64,000 bases of DNA, from positions 1 to 64,000 of IMG/VR virus record IMGVR_UViG_3300021387_001267. One strand, 5' to 3'. The translations under genes were made by a program, and so were the position numbers. Numbering within the stretch: position 1 is the stretch's first letter; each line of letters starts with the position of its first letter. The DNA comes from a virus. Its lineage: Duplodnaviria > Heunggongvirae > Uroviricota > Caudoviricetes. A model generated the notes under the pieces. It was not told the DNA's origin. It ran no database searches and saw only the letters and a program-made list of their open reading frames with translations. This document shows, in pieces, positions 43,963-52,927 of this stretch.

Positions 43963-44398
43963 TGCCATCCTCCTTTGTAACACGAATATTTGGATGAAAG
44001 TCGGGTCTATACTCGGCAAGAACTTTCAGAATAAAGGTTTTATAACCTTTCAGAGTTTTTACGCTAAGGCCTTTTGCGATTTCCGCATCGAAAGCCTGCT
44101 GAAGAAGCTCTTCAGTAAGTTTATCGAGCCAAATAAGCCACAGACAACTAAGATGATGGTCGATAATGTTCTCATAACCTTTAATTGTCGAAGTCTTGAG
44201 TTCCCCTCGTTTAGAGTCAATATACTTTACGGCTGCCTCCATAAAGCAAAGACGCTCCGGTTCTTCCATTTTGATTTCTTCTGATTGACCTTTAACAAGA
44301 TCTTTTGCCATTTCAAGTCGGTCGATCACTTCATATTTTCTCTTTTCAATCATAATCGTGACATGGTACTTGCAAATATTAAAGTTGCAGATTTTCAT
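43949..44398 (-). pseudogene. truncated paralog of the integrase N-terminal (core-binding) domain; integrase remnant or small accessory protein
   Basis: ORF track 149 aa; YIDSKRGELKTSTIKGYENIIDHHL...KGLSVKTLKGYKTFILKVLAEYRPDFHPN aligns with the integrase N-terminus YITEKSGVLSSSTIRGYKSVRKNYL...NGKSPKTIRNAHGLLNAVLEEFRPNFS; no catalytic domain. Confidence 0.5.
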
Positions 44399-44434
44399 TT
44401 TTTATAAGTTCCTTCCTTATTATAATATAGTATT

Positions 44435-44632
44435 TTAATCGAAATAAATGTTATCGACGCCCAGAAGAGTAATCATGTCAAATGGTGTAAATAGACCTCT
44501 TTCGTGCATCGCTTCTTGAAAAGCCCTATAAGCCATAGCCTCACGTTCTCTTTTTGATGGAGGCTTTGGCTTTGGCGGAATTTCTCCATTTTTTGCAGCA
44601 ATCGCTTTTGGATTATACTTATGTTGGCCCAT
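44435..44632 (-). CDS. hypothetical protein
   Basis: ORF track 44435..44674 (TTG); start moved to MGQHKYNPK with AGGAGGTTCACGG SD to resolve overlap with the Lar-like gene. Confidence 0.4.
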   Translation of the reverse strand: MGQHKYNPKAIAAKNGEIPPKPKPPSKREREAMAYRAFQEAMHERGLFTPFDMITLLGVDNIYFD

Positions 44633-44810
44633 CCGTGAACCTCCTATTCCAATTTTTGATGTCATCTTCGTCAACTACCACATTTTGAACTAAGTTTGCT
44701 AACGGGCACCATTTTTCGTGTTCTCCGGAATACAAAAAATCATCATCGTCTTTACTGTATTCACAGCCGCAAAACGGGCAAGGCTTTATTACATTCGTAC
44801 TGTACCTCAC
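44619..44810 (-). CDS. Lar-family restriction-alleviation-like zinc-finger protein
   Basis: ORF track 44619..44825; GTG start coupled by GTGA overlap to 44807..45568 with GGTGGAG SD. The KPCPFCG...EHEKWCPLANL...IKNWNRR stretch matches the Lar-family N-terminal KPCPFCGG and C-terminal WNrR pattern. Confidence 0.55.
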   Translation of the reverse strand: MRYSTNVIKPCPFCGCEYSKDDDDFLYSGEHEKWCPLANLVQNVVVDEDDIKNWNRRFTDGPT

Positions 44811-45568
44811 TCCGAGTATCTCCACCAGGTATAAGCCGGCGCATTCGGATCATTTGCAAGATAGATTCCGTGCTGCGTATAAATCGTATAGACATAATCA
44901 GATCCAACCGGCTCAGGCAGGCCTTGCACCTCGCGATCATTCTTAAGCCGTTCTGACTTCATCGCAAGATTAAAGTAATAGTCCTGTACCGGATTCGTAT
45001 CATATGATGCAATAAACTGTCCTTCTTTGAATGCAATCTCATCAATCGTCATGCCAAGATACATTTTATTCTTCAGCCGATTATCAACGCACTGATACAA
45101 TGTCATAAAATCAGCGTCGCTGTAATTGTACTTTTCGATGAAATTGCGACTGCCATAACCGAGCTTTGCCTTTACTTGAGCATTCGCCTTCATCTGATTC
45201 TCAAGCGACTGCTCTGCCGCCTTACGATCTGCTTCCTGCTGCGCCAGAAACGCCTGATGCTCTGCGTCTTTCTGTTCGGCGACTGCTTCGGCATATGCAA
45301 CTGCGGTCTTCTCGGTATGGATGTTCACACCCCAGATACAGAATGATGCGAACAAGCCGAGAATCAATACCACAATCAACCAGTTATACATGATCGGAAA
45401 CCACGGATACTTCTTTCCAAGCTCTCGCGTCTCTTTGGCCTGCCCCTCGAGAACGCTCTTCCAGACTTTCCAATCCGTGATATACTCCCAGACCATCTTC
45501 CATTTTGATTCTTTAACTGCGCTAATTTCACTATGTTTCGGCCGATAAATTCTAATCGCTTCGTCCAT
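44807..45568 (-). CDS. membrane protein with Ala/Gln-rich coiled coil
   Basis: ORF track 253 aa; TM (FPIMYNWLIVVLILGLFASFCIWGV). Confidence 0.5.
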   Translation of the reverse strand: MDEAIRIYRPKHSEISAVKESKWKMVWEYITDWKVWKSVLEGQAKETRELGKKYPWFPIMYNWLIVVLILGLFASFCIWGVNIHTEKTAVAYAEAVAEQKDAEHQAFLAQQEADRKAAEQSLENQMKANAQVKAKLGYGSRNFIEKYNYSDADFMTLYQCVDNRLKNKMYLGMTIDEIAFKEGQFIASYDTNPVQDYYFNLAMKSERLKNDREVQGLPEPVGSDYVYTIYTQHGIYLANDPNAPAYTWWRYSE

Positions 45569-45570
45569 GA

Positions 45571-46173
45571 TTACAATTCTCCTTTTTCAAGCTTTTTAAA
45601 TAGTTCGTCGATTCTCTGGCGCTCTCTTTGTCTGGCCCTCTTCTGAGCCTGTTTATAGTATTTCTTCTGCTTCGGCGTTGACTTCGGCAGTTTCTTCCAA
45701 TCGTTTTCGATAATTTTCTTCGCTTTATCATGATCGGAGATATACTGCATGATTCGTCCAATGTTCGTTGTTTCCTTAACATCCGACTGCCTGTGGAACT
45801 CCCTGCGCATCAGAATCTTATCGGGAAGCTCTGTATCGAAATGTCCTCGGTTAAGATGCCAGAGCTTATAGGTTTCAACCGGTCCTCGAATAATTACCTT
45901 CCAAAAGCCATATGACGTACGAAAACAAATTCCGCGATCGACCCGGTCATATGAGATCAGCAGTCCATCCTTACTCCTGCTGCAATACGCTGGATCGTCA
46001 CGTAGCTTCAGATACAGCCCATGAATCCCACCGCAGTATGAACACGCATGGTATCCTCGCTCTTTTGCGTTTTTCTCGGAAATATAGCGACGATATTTTT
46101 TGACCATGCGCTTTGCATACGGACAGGATTCTTCGTGATAGATCATGTCTTTCGACTTTTTACTGATGACCAC
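45571..46173 (-). CDS. zinc-finger protein with basic C-terminal tail
   Basis: ORF track 200 aa; CPYAKR...CSYCGG motifs. Confidence 0.5.
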   Translation of the reverse strand: MVISKKSKDMIYHEESCPYAKRMVKKYRRYISEKNAKERGYHACSYCGGIHGLYLKLRDDPAYCSRSKDGLLISYDRVDRGICFRTSYGFWKVIIRGPVETYKLWHLNRGHFDTELPDKILMRREFHRQSDVKETTNIGRIMQYISDHDKAKKIIENDWKKLPKSTPKQKKYYKQAQKRARQRERQRIDELFKKLEKGEL

Positions 46174-46289
46174 ATTGAATTCACCTCTTCAATTTTGATT
46201 TTGAAAAACGTCAACCGTGGAAATTTTTAAAAAAGAAAGAGAGCCGCTGTGCATGTGCTATTAACAGCGACCCTCCGTCTCCTTTCAAC

Positions 46290-46424
46290 TTACTTTATGT
46301 CTATGTATCCGCCTCCTCCTGATAAAATATAGTTGTTTGCGCCAATCACTCCTTTCGCCAGTGAATCAATAAATTCACTATGATTCTCAATCAATTGCCT
46401 CAAACCAACGATTATTTTCTTCAT
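46290..46424 (-). CDS. tiny hypothetical protein (44 aa)
   Basis: Not in track; ATG with AAAGGAGTTTTCTGA SD; MKKIIVGLRQLIENHSEFIDSLAKGVIGANNYILSGGGGYIDIK. Confidence 0.3.
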   Translation of the reverse strand: MKKIIVGLRQLIENHSEFIDSLAKGVIGANNYILSGGGGYIDIK

Positions 46425-46496
46425 TCAGAAAACTCCTTTTCATAAGTTTTAGTTGCTCTTCTATTAAGACAATTGCAAATTTTGCGAATACAAAAA

Positions 46497-46530
46497 AAAT
46501 AACGGGCATCGAACCCGCATCTCCGTTTCC
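46497..46530 (-). terminator. rho-independent terminator whose hairpin mimics a tRNA T-arm (GCGGGTTCGATGCCCG plus T8)
   Basis: Hairpin plus an 8-T run on the minus strand; a tRNA-like D-arm string lies upstream but no cloverleaf closes. Confidence 0.45.
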
Positions 46531-46660
46531 GTTTCCGGTGTGCTACCAAATTGCACCATATCTCTCTATTATAATAATTGCAAATTTTGCGATTATCGTG
46601 ACCTTGCGAAAAAAAATAAGGGCTGTAAATCATACGATCCGCAGCCCTTGCCTTTAAATA

Positions 46661-46999
46661 TTACGCTTCATGTTTTCCTTCGTAGACTTCAACTTTGACT
46701 TTTGCTGTCTTCGCATTCAGAAGATCCTCGGCATTGGTCTCATCGAAATTGAAGTTAGCCGTTTCATTCTCGGTATCAATTGCAAGCGTGCCAAGAACAT
46801 CCCGGCCCTGCGCATAGTACTTATCCGAACTGAGCTTCAGAAGAGCGCCCAGGAATGCATCAATTGCGGCAATCGTCCCAACGACGGCTTCTGCGTAAGG
46901 AAGCTTCCAAAGCGGAGCAAGAGCCGCGTACAGAGCGCCAAGAGCCGGAAGCACGATCTGAGCAATGTACTTCAGAATATCATAGGTTTTGTTTTTCAT
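46661..46999 (-). CDS. 2-TM membrane protein, holin-like
   Basis: ORF track 112 aa; two TM helices followed by a charged C-terminal tail; AAGGAGAAG SD. Confidence 0.4.
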   Translation of the reverse strand: MKNKTYDILKYIAQIVLPALGALYAALAPLWKLPYAEAVVGTIAAIDAFLGALLKLSSDKYYAQGRDVLGTLAIDTENETANFNFDETNAEDLLNAKTAKVKVEVYEGKHEA

Positions 47000-47526
47000 A
47001 GTTCCACTTCTCCTTCTTTCAAGAAACTGTTTTCATGCCTGCATTTTTCATAGAGCCGCCTGATTTCTTTGATTGCAGTTTCGATAACACCATTTTTCGT
47101 GTCCGTTTTCTCGATATAGGCTTCGTAATCATCGCATTGCTTGATCACAAAATCGAACTGCTCCATGGTGTGCTTACGTCCATTCATACACGCGTTTGCG
47201 AATTCGAGAATATCACGCCTTGTGTCCTGTAATGATTTTATTTCAGACTCTTCGATATGATCGGTAAGATCGCTCTGGACCTTACCGACCTCGGTCTTAA
47301 GATTATCAACTTTTTCATCAAGGGCCTTAATTTCTTCCCGAACAGCCTTGAGATTATTATCGATTTGTTTGTTGAATCTTGAGCCAATCCATTTAAACAG
47401 GGCGGTCCATGGATTCCACTTAATTTCCGGCCGCCACTCGATAAACAACGACGACAGGAATACCAATCCGGTCCAGAAAGCTTTCTGACTGATGCCGATT
47501 GATTCCAGAATTTCCCAAAAGTCCAT
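46996..47526 (-). CDS. membrane-anchored coiled-coil protein
   Basis: ORF track 176 aa; N-terminal TM (FWTGLVFLSSLFIEW). Confidence 0.5.
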   Translation of the reverse strand: MDFWEILESIGISQKAFWTGLVFLSSLFIEWRPEIKWNPWTALFKWIGSRFNKQIDNNLKAVREEIKALDEKVDNLKTEVGKVQSDLTDHIEESEIKSLQDTRRDILEFANACMNGRKHTMEQFDFVIKQCDDYEAYIEKTDTKNGVIETAIKEIRRLYEKCRHENSFLKEGEVEL

Positions 47527-47560
47527 AGGAAATTACCTCCGGGAGCTTAAAAATATATAA

Positions 47561-48022
47561 TTACGGCAGCATACACTTATACTTAAACGCGGCAATGTAA
47601 ACTTCCGTTGCGTCACTTGTAGCGCAGCACGCACATAAAATATCAGTCGCCGACCTTGGATAAACACCAACCCCGTCGCAGGTAAAGCAGGTATTGAAAC
47701 GCTTTGCCCGCAGAACTCGGTTGCAGACGTACTGCTCAGTCTTGTCCGGCAGCACGAGAAACCCAAGCATATCCGGCAAAACGTTTCTGATCTGCCACTT
47801 ACCGTTTCCGGCCTTGCTATATGCGTGGTCCTCGATAATTCTTCCGCATCCCCAGGGTCTGATTGATGCGCTATTTTCTAGGTCGACGATCTTTTGTGCA
47901 TTTGCTTTGCCGGAGCTTTTGTAAAGCGGAATTACAATGTCAAGATCCGGAATCTGCCAAACGCCGTACGCGCCATCCGGAATCTCACATTTTCGTGGAA
48001 TTGCAAACTGAGTCACTGTCAT
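47561..48022 (-). CDS. Cys-rich hypothetical protein
   Basis: ORF track 153 aa. Confidence 0.5.
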   Translation of the reverse strand: MTVTQFAIPRKCEIPDGAYGVWQIPDLDIVIPLYKSSGKANAQKIVDLENSASIRPWGCGRIIEDHAYSKAGNGKWQIRNVLPDMLGFLVLPDKTEQYVCNRVLRAKRFNTCFTCDGVGVYPRSATDILCACCATSDATEVYIAAFKYKCMLP

Positions 48023-49971
48023 GGCGTATCACCGGCTTCAATCATAGACCGCAGCTGATCGAATTTTCCGTCAATATACGACTTAATATCAACCGCGTAT
48101 TCCATTGCAATACTTCCGGCATCGCACCAGAATTTATTGTGATTCAAAGCAGTTCGAATCGTAATTTCAGGCTGCTGGAACGGAACAGGCTCAGCCATTT
48201 CATAGACAATTTCGATCTGCGTCGTATCGTCAATTGCCTGATAAAGCTCCTCGGAGATTCTCATAACCGGTACATTATTAACCAGATTCAGGTAAATAAC
48301 CGCGAGATAGTCGCCATAGCTTGTATCGGTATCAGGGTTCGCAATAACGGCGATGTTGCAGACCTGAGAACTTCTTGCCGCTGTGGAATCCGTTCCCGAA
48401 GACGGCACAGGCAATGTGCCAAACGATACTTCCCGATACGAATGGCCTGTTCCGGAGACATTGACGCTTCCGAAATCAGCTTTAACAGCCGAAGCCTTTG
48501 CATAGGTAGATTCCGCGACGCCGGTAATCACGTCGACCGATCCGCCATAAATCGGTGAAACAGCTTCTAGATCACACTCGACATTAAATGGATCCTCTCC
48601 GCGAATGCCATTAATGGTCAGCTTGGTATAGCCCGAAATATCACAGCGGTTTTCATATGGCAGGAAACTGAGATCATCCTCACCGACCGGAATCAGCATT
48701 GGCTGAAGTACCTGATCGGACAATATCAGTCCGTTTGCGATGCGGCAAACAAGTCGCATGCCATCGCCGTGATCTTCAAGAGCGTCTCCATTGGCAAGCT
48801 CCTGAACGGCATCGTTGCTTGAAGCACCAGCAATCCGCCAGCTGATCCCGGTCACCGTATTTACACAGAATATCATTCCGGCAAGAGCAGTGGTGTCGAG
48901 AGCATCATTCACGACATAATAGCAAATGCTGTCTGACGTGCCGCTTACTTTGATTTCTCCGCCGTCAGGCACACGAATCGTAAGCCCGGATGCAATTTCA
49001 TCAGAACCTGTAATCTTCAGTTGATTCTTTTTCACTCCGCCTGGCCACGGCGTTTCATAGCCGTGCAGATCCGGTTCCGGCAGAATATCAATCCGCATTG
49101 ACCGAATTGGGGCGAAGTCTGCTCCGTCCTGAACCTCCACAACAGCTCCGCTAGCATCGTTATAGAACAATCCGATTTTTGTGGACAGAGCATTCTTTGT
49201 CTCGGTCATGTAATACTTGGCATTGTTATGATAAGCCGCGTCCGTAATGTCAACAAGACTTCCGTTTTTCGTTCCGGAAGACCAGGCTTCGGCTTTCAGC
49301 ACCGATTCATCAGCGGATTCCTTGTCATCACGAATGGACAACGCGTAGTATTTCGCATTGTTCTCAAAAGTAATATCGTCTTCTTCGACTTCAGCCCCGC
49401 CCCTTGTTCCAAGAGCATAAGCTTCGGCATCAGAAACAAACTCATCAATTTTATGTGACCGCTGAATGTTCTTCGCAAACTGGGTAATTAAATCATAGTT
49501 GGCGAGAAGAATTCCTTCGTCAGGTTCAATGCCTTCGACAACAGGCAGCGAATGAATTCTAGTGTTGTATTTCTTTAAAATATAACCTTCCTGATCCGTT
49601 AAAACCGCCTGCACAATAAACTGTACCTTACCGCTGTAAAGACAGGCATGCCGCCCGACTTCCCATGTAAACTGAAGCTCGCCATCGACAACGTTAACTT
49701 CCGGGGCAACGTAAATATCACTCTCGCCTCTGGCATTCAGATAAACAATGCGAATAGAAAACGTACTGAGATCAGATCCCTCATAAAACTGAGGTCCTTT
49801 GAAATTCAGATAATTGATTCGCTCATCACTCGTAACACCGAGAAGCTTCTTGTTTGCCGGAATATCAATCGTTCTGAAATCGTGATCGATAACAAGCCAT
49901 GACTTCTCGAAATTCGAATCGCCGACAACTGAAGCTGCCTGAAATAAGTTGTTTAGATCCGGCATTCTCAA
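48019..49971 (-). CDS. tail fibre / receptor-binding protein (N-terminal domain shared with 58991..62335)
   Basis: ORF track 650 aa; the first ~170 aa align residue-by-residue with the 1114-aa fibre (ASVVG..LGVTSDE..QRHACLY..IHSLPVV); beta-rich C-terminal domain. Confidence 0.7.
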   Translation of the reverse strand: MRMPDLNNLFQAASVVGDSNFEKSWLVIDHDFRTIDIPANKKLLGVTSDERINYLNFKGPQFYEGSDLSTFSIRIVYLNARGESDIYVAPEVNVVDGELQFTWEVGRHACLYSGKVQFIVQAVLTDQEGYILKKYNTRIHSLPVVEGIEPDEGILLANYDLITQFAKNIQRSHKIDEFVSDAEAYALGTRGGAEVEEDDITFENNAKYYALSIRDDKESADESVLKAEAWSSGTKNGSLVDITDAAYHNNAKYYMTETKNALSTKIGLFYNDASGAVVEVQDGADFAPIRSMRIDILPEPDLHGYETPWPGGVKKNQLKITGSDEIASGLTIRVPDGGEIKVSGTSDSICYYVVNDALDTTALAGMIFCVNTVTGISWRIAGASSNDAVQELANGDALEDHGDGMRLVCRIANGLILSDQVLQPMLIPVGEDDLSFLPYENRCDISGYTKLTINGIRGEDPFNVECDLEAVSPIYGGSVDVITGVAESTYAKASAVKADFGSVNVSGTGHSYREVSFGTLPVPSSGTDSTAARSSQVCNIAVIANPDTDTSYGDYLAVIYLNLVNNVPVMRISEELYQAIDDTTQIEIVYEMAEPVPFQQPEITIRTALNHNKFWCDAGSIAMEYAVDIKSYIDGKFDQLRSMIEAGDTP

Positions 49972-50324
49972 ATCCCTCCGATCTGAACAACCTTATTGGT
50001 CGTCGTTGTCAACATGGATACTCCGTTTTTACCGATAACGGAAACGGAGAAATTCTTGTTCTTCAGAACAGACTCCGGGATCATTGCCCGCCCCGATTTA
50101 ATCGGAACAAATTCGGTACCATCTTCCGTTTCAAATTTGGCAAGGCAGTTGTATCCTGTCCATGCCGAATCCATGTCAAATGCGGCAACATAATAGTTCG
50201 AAGTTCCCGCCACCATCTTCGAAAAAGGAGAGTTCGGGTCCTTCTTAATCATTTGCCCTTTTACAATAAATCGCAATTCCTGCATGCAGCTGCCTCCCAA
50301 ACTGAAAAAATTAAATCGGTCCAT
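49968..50324 (-). CDS. hypothetical protein (possible fibre assembly or tail accessory protein)
   Basis: ORF track 118 aa. Confidence 0.45.
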   Translation of the reverse strand: MDRFNFFSLGGSCMQELRFIVKGQMIKKDPNSPFSKMVAGTSNYYVAAFDMDSAWTGYNCLAKFETEDGTEFVPIKSGRAMIPESVLKNKNFSVSVIGKNGVSMLTTTTNKVVQIGGI

Positions 50325-50381
50325 TACTGCGAAACCACGAAATAATCACCGTTACAGCAATAGCCCATAAGAAAAGCCACT

Positions 50382-52004
50382 TCATACTCGAAGCAACTCC
50401 TTCCAGGTACTCGGACCGATTTCACCATCAGGATCCAGACACTTTGCCTTCTGAAAATGCCGGATCTTCTCGTCCATTTCCTTCCCGAAAATCCCCGTCA
50501 CGACGATCGTATAGCCCCAGCACTGCAAAGCTGCCTGAGCGAGTTTAACATCGGGACCATCGTCTTCCATTTTGATTGTTCGAACCTGAAGATTCTTTCG
50601 TGGAATTGACGTATCCGGTTTAGCAGGTTCTGGTTCCGGTGTCGAGGTTGGTACTTCTTCTTTCGGAAGCTCCGTTGGCTCAGATTTCCAAAGAATCTCG
50701 TTCAGAACTTTTCTGGTGTCATCCCCGACTTCTCCGTCAACTGGCTCAAGTTTATGTTCTTGCTGGAACTTCATAACGGCTTTTTTCGTGTTATCGCCGT
50801 AATCTCCGTCGGCTTTGTCAGGTCCGACATCATAGCCCATTCGAATGAGATCTTCCTGAAGTTTCTTTACGTCGTCACCTTTGCAGCCGAGTTTTAGAAT
50901 TCGCTCGGAGCTCTCAGACGGACCAAAGGAAATATCACTCGGACTTGTATCTGCTGCGAGCTCCCATCTGGGTCTTCCGTATCCGGCAATTGTGGAACTT
51001 CCAACTGCATAGGACCGCCTTCCGACTGACTCGGATGTATTCCCCTCGATCGTGGTTACAACTCCGCCCGATACGGATTCGACAAGACCCGTATGGCTGT
51101 ACTCACCAGGAGCGTAACTGAAGAAAATCTGGTCGCCAGGTTCTGGATTGCCTGTAATCCATCGGCCATGTTGCTTATAGTACTGAACGGAAAACATGCA
51201 TCCAGCTCCGGCGCTGTTCAGAGGCTGACAGAGCATCTGACGCCCGAGTTCCGCTCCAAAGCATTTCACGAACAGCCAGTCGTAAAACACGTCGCACCAC
51301 ATGTAGCCATTCTTGGCTGTGTTATAAAAGTTTCTGAGTTTGTCGAGATCTCTGGCGTACTTTGTCCAGTTTCCGACTCCGGCATTCGCTGTTTTATCAT
51401 CAAGCTGCGAATTAGATGCCTTTTCGCGATAGCCGACTTCCGATCTCGCCAAGTTCAGGACGAGATCAATTGCTTCCTGTTTTGTCATACTGCTCGTCCT
51501 TTCAATATCGAGATTATGAAATCGTTCATAAAATTCTTCGGCGGATTTCAAACGGCGCGGTTTCTGCTTGTCCTTGTCTTGCGGATTTTCCCATTTGTCC
51601 AGAAGCTGCCAGCTGCACTCGGCCAGATCATGACTGCTCGTAACGAGTCTCCACTGGATCGAGAAATCATGCTGCATTTCCCAGATGAGGAAATCAATCT
51701 GTGTATCTGAGTCTCCGATCGACTTGCCTCTTGCCCTATGGAAATCGTACATAAGTCCTTTACGGTCAGGAAAAGTCCACTGGGCATAACCGTAGCCGAC
51801 TCCGTCATACATAAACTGGTGCTTTGAAATAATTCCGTTGTCAACCTGCCTCGTATAAATGGCATCGACAATCTTTTTGGAATCTTCCGCATTGGTAGAT
51901 TGAAAGACGCCCTCGTGCTGAATCTGACCGAGAACAGCACAGGCGCCTTCAACCGTCATACCGGCTTTCCGAAATCGCCGGTACATATGTTCCTGGATGG
52001 TCAT
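50382..52004 (-). CDS. multidomain peptidoglycan hydrolase (lysin): tail-lysozyme-like N-domain + CHAP + 2x PG_binding_1
   Basis: ORF track 540 aa. N-terminal GMTVEGACAVLGQIQHEGVF...YGYAQWTFPDRK. CHAP Cys/His pair at WCDVFYDW and SHTGLVESV. Two GDYGDNTKKAV-type PG-binding repeats at the C-terminus. Confidence 0.8.
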   Translation of the reverse strand: MTIQEHMYRRFRKAGMTVEGACAVLGQIQHEGVFQSTNAEDSKKIVDAIYTRQVDNGIISKHQFMYDGVGYGYAQWTFPDRKGLMYDFHRARGKSIGDSDTQIDFLIWEMQHDFSIQWRLVTSSHDLAECSWQLLDKWENPQDKDKQKPRRLKSAEEFYERFHNLDIERTSSMTKQEAIDLVLNLARSEVGYREKASNSQLDDKTANAGVGNWTKYARDLDKLRNFYNTAKNGYMWCDVFYDWLFVKCFGAELGRQMLCQPLNSAGAGCMFSVQYYKQHGRWITGNPEPGDQIFFSYAPGEYSHTGLVESVSGGVVTTIEGNTSESVGRRSYAVGSSTIAGYGRPRWELAADTSPSDISFGPSESSERILKLGCKGDDVKKLQEDLIRMGYDVGPDKADGDYGDNTKKAVMKFQQEHKLEPVDGEVGDDTRKVLNEILWKSEPTELPKEEVPTSTPEPEPAKPDTSIPRKNLQVRTIKMEDDGPDVKLAQAALQCWGYTIVVTGIFGKEMDEKIRHFQKAKCLDPDGEIGPSTWKELLRV

Positions 52005-52037
52005 AAGAAATCACCTCCAGACTTCTATTTTGAATTT

Positions 52038-52250
52038 TTACGAATGTAAAAGCTCGATCGAATTAATGACTGCAACGGCAAGTACGATCCCAAAATAGAC
52101 CAAAGATGCGAACTTGCAGATCTTTCTTACCGATTCCGGAAGCAGATCATTATTCGTTCCGATATACGCTAAATAAAAGGCGGTGAGCAGCCTTGCAATC
52201 TGAGAGATCGTAGTGTACTGCCCACCAAATATAAAAGCATGTACTAGCAT
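52038..52250 (-). CDS. 2-TM membrane protein immediately upstream of the lysin: holin candidate
   Basis: ORF track 70 aa; two hydrophobic helices; position. Confidence 0.5.
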   Translation of the reverse strand: MLVHAFIFGGQYTTISQIARLLTAFYLAYIGTNNDLLPESVRKICKFASLVYFGIVLAVAVINSIELLHS

Positions 52251-52643
52251 TTACGCAGGATCCCATCCATACACGCCGGGTTCCCAAACGTTGTTGTCAA
52301 TAGTGCAAACCCAGGTGCTGCCATTATGGGTTACCTTATCGCCCTTCATGTACGGATTCGTGCTGTCAGGCTGCTTCCATTCGGGAATTACATCGGGGTC
52401 AGGAATCAGCACTTCGGCAAACAGACTCGGTGCTGCACCGGGCTCCCAGCCTTCCTGAGAGGTGTGATCCTGAAGCACTTTCCAGACAATACCGCCATAC
52501 TGAATCTTCTTGCCGGTCTTATAAGCAACACCGGCTTTCCATTCGGGCAGGAGCTGAGGGGTCTCAAGAACAACGGAATCATCTTCCTTGCTCATGGCCT
52601 CTTCAATAATCGCCCGAAGTTCCATGGCTCTTGCAAGCTTCAT
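52251..52643 (-). CDS. carbohydrate-binding (CBM5/12-like, two repeats) protein
   Basis: ORF track 130 aa; YKTGKKIQYGGIVWKVLQDH...WEPG and YMKGDKVTHNGSTWVCT...WEPGVYGW repeats. Confidence 0.6.
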   Translation of the reverse strand: MKLARAMELRAIIEEAMSKEDDSVVLETPQLLPEWKAGVAYKTGKKIQYGGIVWKVLQDHTSQEGWEPGAAPSLFAEVLIPDPDVIPEWKQPDSTNPYMKGDKVTHNGSTWVCTIDNNVWEPGVYGWDPA

Positions 52644-52927
52644 TCGGTTTCTCCTCCTAAAATAACGTGGAGGGCCTCCTCGGATGACATGAGAAGGTCC
52701 CCATCGCTCTCTTCATAATTCTGCCAGGTATTTTCTCCGGAAATAATCGAAAGCGCTTCATCGGACGCAATCTCGATTTCTTCTTCGGTCTCTTCATAAG
52801 TCCGATGGGTCCAGTCCGGATCAATAGCCTCGTAATATACTTCGCCGTCGGGATTCTTGATATAAAGCCCTTTGTCGGAATAGGCCCGAACCAGTCCCGG
52901 ACGATAGGTTTCATAAACTACTGCCAT
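52640..52927 (-). CDS. hypothetical acidic protein
   Basis: ORF track 95 aa. Confidence 0.5.
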   Translation of the reverse strand: MAVVYETYRPGLVRAYSDKGLYIKNPDGEVYYEAIDPDWTHRTYEETEEEIEIASDEALSIISGENTWQNYEESDGDLLMSSEEALHVILGGETE

